Assembly: GCF_052425735.1 (NCBI RefSeq)
Contig: NC_135759.1
Location: 37,386,001-37,450,000, forward strand
Direction of reading: 5' to 3'
DNA length: 64,000 nucleotides
Origin: Oculina patagonica
Taxonomy: Eukaryota
Part shown: piece after piece, positions 27,201 through 37,701 of the stretch
How positions within the stretch are numbered: position 1 is the stretch's first letter
Layout of the letters: the number at the start of each line of letters is the position of its first letter
Made by a program: the position numbers and the translations under genes
The notes under the pieces: generated by a model
Told to the model about the DNA's origin: nothing
The model's database searches: none
The model's input: only the letters and a program-made list of their open reading frames with translations

Positions 27201-30200
27201 TGTTCTTGGAACTTGGCACCACAAATGTGCATCACAAAAGAAACAAAATGTTACTCTTAGGGCTGTTGCCATGACAACAGTTTTGCCGCTGGTGCTGTCT
27301 CAATAAAAACTAAAATTCCCAGTTTTTGTCTTAAACCAAGAACCATCTAGCGCAGCTAAACCAATGGTGGGAATTAAGGCAATATGGGAACTATGTCTGT
27401 TCTAAGCTGGACCCTTTGTCTCACTTTAGAGGTTTAGGGGATATTTGTCTTTTTAACAGAGAGAGACTGGAGCTGAAAGAGTTGCTATGGCAACAATACA
27501 AAGGGTATCATTTTGTTCCTTTTGTGATGCACATTTGTGGTGCCAAGTTTCAAGAACACTGCTTCAATAGTTTTAGAGATATTGTTTATTCAGTATTTTA
27601 CCATTTTTAGAGTCAAATCTTGTGACGTCATCACTGAGCTAATTTGCATAATACAAAAACGTCAATATCTCTGAAATGAAAAAAGATATTTTGAAAAGAA
27701 AAACGCCATTCTTCTGTATTTCGAAAGGCCTTTCAAATTAGCAGAAAATATTTTTCATGTCATATACACTTTAAGGAAATGATTCAAGCTTTATTGGAAT
27801 TTCCAGAGGGGAAGGGGTTCTTTAAAAAAAATCCCTTTCGTGGGGGAGGTATGGATAATTTATGGAAAGTTACACATATCAAAACAGCACTGAGCCCCTC
27901 CCAAATAATTTCAAAGTAGGGGTTAGCCAACCTACAGCTGTATGACATCCAAATAATAATAATGTTTCTTACTCAAAGAAAACAAATTAAAACCAATGAT
28001 AACCTTGTGCAATGGCTGCTCTCCTGCGTTCTTTACTGCCACCTTCAGGGTATGCCTATGAGAAAAATGTACTAGATAATGTTACAACTATTTGGCGCAT
28101 TATGAAAATTTATTGTAAGTATTATTTTTACAAAAATTCTGCAATGTGGTCCAGCACTAGAGTGGATAAGGATACTTAGGTAGTCAAACAAGCTAGGAGA
28201 AAATAGACATTGATCTCTTTTGTTGATCAATACTGCAGTGAACTAGTTTATAAACAGTGACTCACCTCTCTGGGATCAAAGTATGAACGTGCCAACATGT
28301 TTTCCAGATGAAGATATCGATCAGGTTGTTGTTGCTTTAACATGATCATAGGATCTGTTTGGCGCAGCAATGATCTTGCAGCTCCCAGTTCACGCAATTC
28401 AATCAACTCCAGCACAATCTAAATGCATGAACATAATATACTGTATACGTGTACACAAGGAACAGATGTAAATTTTCATGTCTGAGTTAACTAGGGTACA
28501 ACATGACTGCGTGTTATGACCAATTTTACCCTTGGAACAATGCAAACTGGTATTCTCCTTTGTTTTTTATGAATCATATGTTCCCACATACCAGAACAAA
28601 GGAAAATACATTGTACCAAATTATACCAAGGGTGAAATTGAACCACAACATATTCTATGTAAAAATGTACAGGTGAAGATAGACTAAGTGCTTTAAATGA
28701 GATCTGAAACCCACTGTCCGAGCTCAAGTTGGTATTTTGTCATAAATTACTGGCTAAAATTTGGGCAGCTCCCCATAAAGGGGAGATTTTTTGAGCTTCT
28801 TATATTCTCCAGCAGGTGTAGCCTGTTCCAGGCTCTCGGTAGTTGAAGGGGAAAGCGAAAAACGCGGGCGAGCGAGAAAAAAATGAGGGGGGACGAAGGC
28901 GAGTGAAGGAAAGAGAGCCTGTAAGAATTTCTTTAACAACCTCTTCCGATATAGCAGGAGCTGCTATACCCTCTGATTGGCTGATTTTGACAGTAATGTC
29001 AACACCTCGGAACTAGCGTCAGTGAGAAAGATATGCGAGCACGGTTTACGCGCGTGATTTCGGGGAAGCCGAATTGTGTTCCAGTTTAGAAGGTTGTCTT
29101 TGAGATTTTCTTGATATTCAAACGTTTACAAAGGAACAAGAAATCTGCATGAATTGTGAACCAAGCTTTATTGTGGAAAAGAAGTTTTCTCTATTTTGCC
29201 AACTGGATTCAGGAAAAGTTTAATCTTTCAGCACTTTCCACGACGACTGCGATGAAATCGGAAATAGGTCTTTTGTGGTTGCCTCTCCTTTGGTTTCGGT
29301 GATAAGTTGAGCAGCTGAAACAGCTTGGATTGTCAGCGGAACTCAATCATATAGAAGCAAATATAACGGGTAAAACAGGCAACAAGCTTGTGCCTGTGAA
29401 AATCTATATTTGAATCATGCGGTGCCAGAATGTAACCCAACAAACACGGGAGGTAAAACCTTGACATCATCGATCTCAAGAGACAAAGCGCTCGATCAAA
29501 TTAATGCAAGAAGCATATTAACCTTTACAACACAGAGTGTCTCTCTGAAACCAACTTTAATTTTTCTCGAAGTAAAGCCTCAACAGTCTCTGGAGAAGCC
29601 GCACAAGGATTTACTTAATTGTCATCCGTGATATGATACAAACAAACAGGCCATGCATCACAATTATTAAATGCAAGTAATCACGGATAAATTACTGACC
29701 CTGTCCTTCCAAAACAAACATCTTGAGAGCTTAAAGCATATCTTGCAAATAGAAATGAGCCAAAACAAACCGCACAAGCGAAACATGTAGCAAATATACC
29801 GGTAATTCATTACTCAGTACTCTACAAACAGGAAACCATGCGGCGCAGACCTTTGGCCTCGCTCGAGAAACAGGAGAACATCTCTAGCTAATTGACAGAA
29901 TGTCACTTTTCAACACCTCATTATCTGAAAAGTGGGCGGAAGAGGGTCATTAAAGAAATTCTTACAGGCTCTCCTTCCTTCGCCTTTGTCCCGCCTCATT
30001 TTTTCCTCGCTCACCCGCGCACGTTATTCACTCTCCCATGGAACAGGCTACAGCAGGTGCTGCACAACATAAGGCAGCCATCTACATGTACCTCTACCTG
30101 AGATAAGGGACTTGAGGGATTGTACATGTAATTAACTAACACAAAATTTTAATACCATACATTAAAATTACAAATGTAGTCAATCCTATTGTAAAGTACA

Positions 30201-30917
30201 CTGTAAACAACCAGGGCTTCACAAGTTTGTAACTTGTAGAAATGTTTATATAAGACATTCTGTTCACTGGCTACTCATACCTGTTCATACAAGTCAATAA
30301 GTTTCTTGTCTGGCAACTTGAGTGGTTGAATAGCTTGCAGCACTGTGTCCCAATGTCCATTGTTTATTTCACCAACAAAACTTTCTACACTATCTACAGT
30401 ATTCAAGGTGATTCCAGTTTCTTCCTGCAACAAGAAAATACAAGACATATTTAACTTTTCCTATGGCAATCAGTTTGAAAATTTTAAATACTGGTGTACT
30501 CTATCTCAAAGAATGATCTCCCAAAACTTGTGAAAGATCTTATCTATACTGTATGTCTATGTATTAGAAACAAATAGACACAAAATTCTATGAGAAGGAG
30601 AGTAATATTTAAACTAAGGTCTTTTCATTTCTTAGAATGATTCGGAGTCACTGTTCCCAAATTAAAATTAGTGCCAAACCAGAAGGAGAGCACACACAAT
30701 GCATATATTTAGCTGAAAAAAATCTTGCTGGCCTGAAAATCTTGCACACTCTCATTAAGTCTTGTTACATGTACATTTTATTCAAATTTTCACGGGAGGT
30801 GAGGAGAGTTGTCAATCACACCTTGTACAATTTTTGTCATCTCTCATTAACTCTCTTCCTCATTATACTTGCCCAGGTTCGAATGTAAGTCTGAATGACA
30901 GTTTAAAGTTCCCAGTC

Positions 30918-30949
<32 letters not shown>

Positions 30950-32819
30950 TACTAAATAATATACCTAATTGACCACTCCAGCAATGGGGTTTTTCAGAGC
31001 CAATGTGAAACAAATATTGTAAATGAACTGGGCTATTACAAACGTAGCCGAGGAGTTGAACTCGGGCCTACCAAGAACAACACCAGCTAGTGGTCAGAAC
31101 GGGATTTGAACCCGCGACCTCCGGATTACAAGTCTGACGCTCTAAACACTCGGCCACGCTGTCTACTCTAACTCATTCTCGTTTGGAGAGTTTTTAAATA
31201 CTAGCTGTACCAGGTTTACATGTAGATTCACAAATTCTACCATCACATGAATTATCATTTAATATCCCTGTTAACTTCAAGCTGTATGTTACCTGCAAAG
31301 TTGCAAGGGTTCTTGGCAGACTGTTTTCTTTAAGAAACTGCTGGATAAGTCGGATCACACTGTCATACAAATCAACACACAATTACATTAGTAAGCAATA
31401 AAACACCTACAGTATAGGATGGTATAGAGCATTACAATTTAAAAGGGACAATCTGAAGTCTCTTTTAGTAAGGTACAATTCCAAGTTTGTCTTTTACAGA
31501 TGCTATTAACTTAAGTCATCATAATAATGTATCAGTCAAATCGAAGGTTCAACATCCCCCCCCCCCGGGCAACCCCCCGGGCATTTGAATTTTTGGAAAA
31601 TTTGTGTTCAAATTCCCGCCTCCCTGGGCCAAAAAGCCGTTCAAATGCCCTACTATAAGCCTATTTTTAGTGATCAAATGTCCCCACCCCCGGGGAAAAT
31701 TAATAACTAAACAGATAACTGTTTTAACTGTGTAGCTTTTTATGCTCGTAAAATTCTGTCTGCATACCGACTTTATAAATAGACCACACAGTTTTTTCCT
31801 CTATTGTGTAATAAATACATAGAAGATAACCAATACATAGAATATAATCTATCTCCACCATGATTAAAAACCCACGTGCGTTTACTGGGACACGTATAAC
31901 CAGAAATCAAGTCTGCGTTCAAATTCCCCACCCTATGTGGTCGAATCAAATTCCCCACCCCCGGGAAGGCTTTGATTATCAAATTCCCCTCCTCCCGGGA
32001 CAGCAGAGGTGTCAAATGCCCGGGGTATGCCCGGGGGGGGGATGTTGAACCTTCGATTTGACTGATACATAAGAATATAGAGGATAATTTGTTTTCAAGT
32101 ATTCTGTGAGTCTTCAGATTTCATAGAGATCTTCCTGTATTTTTTCCTCTTTTTATAGGGACGAGGGTGGATTGAGCAGTACACAGGCTGAGAGGCCTGC
32201 TGATTTCAGCTGGTCCGAAGAAAACATCCCTCTCAGCTCGCGATCCTCACTAGCAGCTGACACTTACTGTACTACACCCCATGGGCAATAAAGTCAGTAA
32301 GACCATGATGCTAATGCAACTGAGCAATTCCGTCCTGTCACTACAGTATAGTAGAGATGTTGTAAATATGATCACACAATATAGTGTGAGGTAGTGTGCA
32401 TGTAAATTAATTTCATTGAAAAGATAGCTAAATTAGCATGATGAAAACACTTTTACTGTATAAATGACAAGAGATTTTTTAAATTAACTATCATTGCCGT
32501 TTTCACCTAGAGAACGAACTTTCAGTGACATAGTAAAGAGATACTTCTTCTAAATTCTACCAAAACAGAAATGCTTTGTTTACAGCTGGCGTCTCTGATC
32601 TGCAAATTTTGCATTTTTACGTATAAGATTAATACACGTGGCTACCTCAAGTATGTTTCCACGAAGTATTTAACCATTTCAAAAGAATTGACCGCTATAG
32701 GAGATACCACAAGCGACCTATAAATTGTTTTACGATTGTGTAGGAAGTATCAAAGCTTCATATTCACAAATAACAACAATAAACTCTACTCACTCAGCAG
32801 ACTCCACTTCGAGCGCCAT
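21276..32819 (-). CDS. SMU1: WD40 repeat spliceosomal protein SMU1, 513 aa, 12 exons
   Basis: Exons are 32819-32794, 31359-31293, 30424-30281, 28418-28266, 28055-28004, 26780-26593, 25891-25655, 24963-24836, 24390-24264, 23868-23701, 22360-22208 and 21374-21276 (sum 1542 nt). Peptides are near-identical to SMU1, e.g. [21 protein letters not shown] and [44 protein letters not shown]. Confidence 0.98.
21475..21660 (-). mobile_element. SINE central core resembling the Deu/Nin-DC domain
   Basis: The minus strand reads CTCGGAT...TAAACCG...TTAAAGAACCCACACACTTATCGCAAAGAGTAGGG...CCCGGTGTCGTGG. This matches my recollection of the AmnSINE1 Deu domain. Confidence 0.6.
22582..22807. mobile_element. hAT-like MITE with 6-bp TSD
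   Basis: Perfect TIR CAGGGTCGTAACCAGGTATAT, TSD ACTTAG and internal GGGATC repeats. Confidence 0.85.
23147..23311. mobile_element. pogo/Tigger-like MITE
   Basis: CAGTAGAACCTCGATATAACGAAG...CTTCGTTATATAGAGG..CCACTG with TA TSD. Confidence 0.8.
24546..24665 (+). mobile_element. 120-bp 3' fragment of an RTE-like LINE
   Basis: It translates to [24 protein letters not shown] (RTE ORF C-terminus style) and has a perfect 12-bp TSD ATTGTTTTAAGT. Confidence 0.7.
26989..27770. mobile_element. Kolobok-like foldback MITE (TTAA TSD) with roughly 300-bp TIRs
   Basis: TTAA|AGTGTATATGACATGAAAAATATTTTCTGC...GCAGAAAATATTTTTCATGTCATATACACT|TTAA. It is inserted into an older repeat spanning about 26895-27876. 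Confidence 0.85.
28819..30050 (+). mobile_element. Non-autonomous AcademH-like DNA transposon with degenerate RecQ-type helicase remnant
   Basis: The termini are TAGCCTGTTCCA...TGGAACAGGCTA with a perfect 9-bp TSD CAGCAGGTG. Internal 29130-29340 translates (broken) to [17 protein letters not shown]...VASPLVS, resembling RecQ motifs I/Ia. Confidence 0.75.
30918..31165 (-). mobile_element. tRNA-derived SINE with (ATT)n tail
   Basis: Minus-strand A box TGGCCGAGTG and B box GGTTCAAATCC, followed by a body and an (ATT)n tail. Confidence 0.8.
31528..32069. mobile_element. MITE with 3-bp TAA TSD (Harbinger-like)
   Basis: Perfect TIR TGTATCAGTCAAATCGAAGGTTCAACATCCCCC and internal CAAATTCCCC repeats. 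Confidence 0.85.
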
Positions 32820-33093
32820 CTTGGAATAACGAAACGCAAGTAATGCTGGGTATTATTACAAAACCAACTAACGGGGTGGGTGATGGGTTGACAATCTTCT
32901 ATTGAGAAAATGCCCAGAAACCCTTAATTATCTGGTATTAAAGAATATTTAAGTATATTTTAGCTTTTATTAAGCATATTAGTTGAACTTAATGACACGC
33001 TAGTGCATTCAGTCGTTAGCAAGTAAAACGAAAGTGTTTCGCCATATTGACCCTACCCCTGCTAGGAGTGTTTTATTTCGCTTGGTGTTCAAG
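32820..33093. promoter_or_regulatory. Bidirectional promoter region SMU1 / MIF4G gene
   Basis: The two divergent ATGs are 274 bp apart, and both sit in AAGATGGCG (YY1-like/Kozak) context. Confidence 0.7.
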
Positions 33094-36000
33094 ATGGCGT
33101 CCGTTGCAACACGAGGTCGTGGAATCGGAAGGGGTAGAGGTTTTGGAATACCAAAGGCCGGGAGACCAGGAGAAACTCAAACGGCAGCTCAGCAAAATAA
33201 TTCTTCAATCGAAAAATCGTCTGATGAATTTGATTTGGGAAAAGTGCTAAACGATTTGAAGGAGGACACGTTGTCTACGCAAGTCGAGAAAATCTCGCAG
33301 TACATTTCTGACTCAAACTCTTCCACGAGGATCAAAGAAGTCGTTGACCTTTTAACTCAACGGACTATCAAAAACAGCGAGTTTGCACCTCTAGCTGCAA
33401 AATTCGCCAACAAGCTCTGCGTGGAGGAATCCTTTGGAAACGCATTTAGAGCTGATCTTTTGAAAAGCACTCAGGAAAATTACAAAAAGAGAGAGAGCAT
33501 TCGTGAAAAGTCGACAAGCGACTGGATTGGATTAGTTGGTTTGATATGCGAACTTTTCAATCATCTTCGTACCGGTGGAGCGCCGTTAAAACCCTTGGCA
33601 GGAGCAGTACACCAGACAATGAGTGAACTACTCAGAGAAGGGCCTGCTGGCAGTAAGGGAGAAGAGGAGGTGGATGAAGTTGATTGCTTTTATGAGCATT
33701 TTAAAACGGTGGGACAGCTTTTGGAGAATGTTAATCAGGTAAGGATAATGTCGTAATAAACTGGAGATAAGGTAAAGCATAGTTAGTACAACTACATGTA
33801 ACGGCGATAGCGATGGGTAAAGACACCCATTTCTCACAATGCCCCCCTCGACGAGCAAGAGAAAGGTATGAAATGAAAGGCCCAAGTTGTTCGAAGAGTG
33901 GGTAACTGGACAGCAATTTATCTGTTTGATAATGTTATCCACCCTTTGAACAACCGGGACCAGGAGTATGATAGACATGGTAAATTGTCATGGCAACTGG
34001 ACAATGTGATGTGGGGGGGGGGGGTGACTGTAATGGATCAGCATCCTGTCATGAAGAATAGTGACATCCCTTGTCACTTCATGCTACAGAAGCTAAAGCC
34101 AAGCATGGCAAGCCACGTGTCAGTGCCACCCCACGGACACACTACTGCTGCCTCACCCAGACTACCATTGAGTTGACCAATGCACCATTATACATTGTAT
34201 ACACATACTTCCTTGTGAGTTAAATTTCTTGGCACAACATACATGTAAGAGATAATGGATCTGTCACCCACCCACACAAACACTAACATGTACCTGTTAC
34301 CATGACAAAATGACATTAAGTCAAAGTCAGGGCTCGAGACTAATGGTAGCCAACTAGCCATAGACTAGTGTGCGTTTGCGCAAGTCGTGTCGCACAAAAT
34401 ATTATGCTTCCAAGGTAGAGCACTTGAGGAATTGTGACCCGCACACATGGTGGAAAGAAGTGAAGACCCTTGGGGGCACAAAGTCTGCTACTCGATCAGA
34501 TCCTATGTCTGTCCTAAGGCACATTGACACAGGACTTAATTCTGGTCCTACTACCCTTGCTAACACGATCAACAAAGCTTTCCTTGATCCCATGAGCATT
34601 TTCGTGCCTCTGGCCCCGGACGCTATCACAGATGACCGCCACCCCAATCCACCTTTGGTCTCTGTACACTGCGTATTCAAAAAACTCTCCACACTAAACC
34701 CAGCCAAGGCTTTAGGACCGGACATAATACCATCCTGGCTGCTGAAGGAAAACACGGATTTGTTGGCCCCAGTTGTTACTGACATCATCAACTGTTCTTT
34801 TGCCGAGGCCCGACTGCCACTGACCTGGAAGCATGCCAATATTGTACCGATACCCAAACAGGTGCCTGTGTACAGCTGTATGACGTAAACAGGCATTTGC
34901 GGCCAATTTCCCTAACACCTGTACTATCGAAAGTGGCTGAAGAGTTTGCAGTCGATCAGCACATAAAACCTGCTGTGCTCGCGAAAGTGGACCCTCAGCA
35001 GTTTGGTACCATTCCAGGTTCAAGTACCACAGAGGCACTCATCAGTATGACGCATGCGTGGAACTGTGCCACCGACGGAAACGGGGCTACTGTGAGGGTA
35101 GTGCTATTCGACTTCAAGAAAGCATTCGATCTTATTGATCATGAAATCCTGATCCAAAAGCTTCGCCTCTTTGACATTCACGAGGCCGTCATCGCTTGGA
35201 TCGTCGACTTCCTGTGTTGTCGCAAACAACGAGTGAAACTTGGTCAGGATTGTTTTTCAGAGTGGTGTGATGTCCTAACAGGTCTCCCCCAAGGGACCAA
35301 ATTGGGCCCCTGGCTCTTTATTATAATGATCAACGACCTTGATGTCCCTGGAATTGAGTTATGGAAGTATGTCGATGATACCACGACCTCTGAAACAATA
35401 CTCAAGGGACAAGCAAGCAACATCCAGACCGCTGTGGACACTTTTGTCTCGCACGCTAACTCTGACAAGTTCCAGCTAAACGAGGCAAAGTGCAAGGAAC
35501 TGAGGATTAGTTTTAGTACCAAGGAGACTCTCGAGCTTGATCCTGTTGTTATTAATGGCAGGCAAATTGATATTGTTAAGTATGCTAAGATTCTGGGCGT
35601 AACCGTTTCGAGCGACCTCAAATGGAACCATCACATCGCTGAAGTTGTAAAGAAAGCTACAAAACGCCTGTATTGTCTTTCTCAGTTAAAGCGTTCAGGC
35701 CTAGGTCCTAACGAGCTAGTACAGTTCTATCGTACCTGCATTCGCCCTATCACGGAATATGCCTGTCCAGTTTTCAATGATAGTCTACCTGCGTATCTTT
35801 CTCGTGAGCTAGAAGCAGTGCAAAAGAGGGCGATGCACATCATTTTTCCGTTTTTTACGTATGAAGAAGCGCTCAACAAGGCAAGTCTAGTCACTCTGTC
35901 AGGTCGAAGACAAGCCCTGACGGAAAAATTGTTTAACATCATTTTAGAGAACAATGGCAGTAGGCTGAGGAATTTATTGCCCCCACCGAATCTTAGTAGT

Positions 36001-36768
36001 TATAACCTCAGAAAGTCACGCCAGTTTAACCTTGTTTTTAAGACTAATACCGGTAGATTTAGAAATAGTTTTATTGTCTCTAATGTACTTAAGTTTGGAT
36101 TTTAATCACTCTTGTATAGTTCTGACTTTAAATATTTTTACATTTTATCGTTAGTTTTTATCGCTTTATAAATTTGTAAATATGACATAATTCAACCTTT
36201 TAGGTTGCGAAGTTGTATTAATAAACTATCTATCTATCTATAGGTTTTGGCTACAAGGTTTAACATTCCTACAAGCCACTTTGGCTAGTCAAAAACTCAG
36301 AAAAGTCAACAATTCTTGAAAGAAATTGGTAGATCTGACTAGTGAAAATTAGTTTTGGCAAGTAAAATCTGTCATGTCACTAGCCATTGACAGTGGATGT
36401 AAAATTGAGTACACTAAGTATGCACTGTATATATTTGCTTGAAAAAGCTGTCAAGTAAAAATAAAAAAAAAAATAAAAAATTACTGGTAATAATGATTTA
36501 CAAGCTTTCTTAGTATTCTTTTGGGACCCACAAGACGTACTTAGCTTGCAAGCCACATTTAATACATTATGGCGATTTTTTTTGGCAGGAAAAAGCAGAT
36601 GAGCTTGTTGGAAAGATGCGAGATACCATTCTTGCTGACAATACAACTGCCAAGACAAGATGCTTGTTGATGGAACTGCTTGAGCTGCGAGCTTGTCAGT
36701 GGAATATGAATCCAGATGTGGAGCGTTCCTACAGTGATATGTTAGCAGACATCATGGCTAGAGAATGA
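33094..36768 (+). CDS. MIF4G-domain protein (MIF4GD/SLIP1-CTIF-PAIP1 family), 274 aa, 2 exons
   Basis: Exon 1 is 33094-33738 (aagATGg start; cag|gtaagg) and exon 2 is 36589-36768. The protein is a helical HEAT-like domain ending in the family-typical RCLLMELLELRACQW motif, with an N-terminal RG-rich tract. Confidence 0.85.
34369..36243 (+). mobile_element. 5'-truncated CR1/L2-group non-LTR retrotransposon (RT ORF2 remnant) in the MIF4G gene intron
   Basis: RT motifs are RPISLTP, FDFKKAFD, GLPQGTKLGP and YVDD. There is one frameshift at about 34873-34880. The 3' end is AATAAA plus a (CTAT)n tail. Confidence 0.92.
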
Positions 36769-37641
36769 TAAAGACATTTTAAAGTAATATGAATTCTATG
36801 TAATACATGTATAAGAAATTTTGTCGACTGTTGTAGAAGTAGATAGGTATGTTACATGTAACTTACACAGTAAATCTGTTATTCGGGGAAAGGGAAATTA
36901 GTTGTCTCTTAGGAGTAACTTTTTTAAATCCTTAATCTCTGTCTAAACATAAATTTTGTAATAAATTATATACTATTCATTCATTGGTGCATTGAGAATT
37001 TTCAAAAGAAATATTCTCAATGGTGTATGTATGAATTAGTTTTTTTCTTGTGCAAAGTGATCTAATGAGTAAGACACCACTGGCATAAACATGTAAACTA
37101 TATTTTATCTGACAAGAAATTTTATTTAAATATTTGATAAAATGTCAAGTTCATGTGTAGGGTAGTATACTCCAAGCAGCGTTTCGGAGAACCCAGTTTT
37201 CCTATAGCACCAAAAACATGGAAAAGTGCAGGTCAAGTGAAGAGAACTGTAGGCAGTCTATGTGGCTATTGGAATTTTTCATCCGTGTTAGTACACAAAT
37301 GGCTTGAACTTTGTATAAGTTATCTCTAAGATACGTTCTAGTTCATTTTTCTTTTTTACCTTTTTATTTTAGAGTTGTTTTATTTACCAGTTAATTTACA
37401 TGTACTCAAAGGGCAACTGCTAATGCATCTCTGTCATTCCTAATGAGAAATAGAACCAATCACTTGAAAAAGAACTGAGTACAAGATTGATTAACGCCAC
37501 AATGAGTGTCTTAAATCAATGAATTTCTCTCAATTAGTCTAACCCCTGGAATTCCAAATGAAATAAATCAATCCTCAAGTTTTTTTGAGATTTAACATGC
37601 AGGTAAAATTCTAATTTAGAACTTGGTCTCAGAATTTTGAT

Positions 37642-37701
37642 TAGCCTGCGTCGCAGATGTAATCTAACCCCGGGGTTAAGTTTTGTCTGCGGCATAGGCT
37701 A
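37642..37701. mobile_element. 60-bp palindromic mini-transposon (Academ-like)
   Basis: TAGCCT...AGGCTA with a perfect 9-bp TSD AATTTTGAT. Confidence 0.75.
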
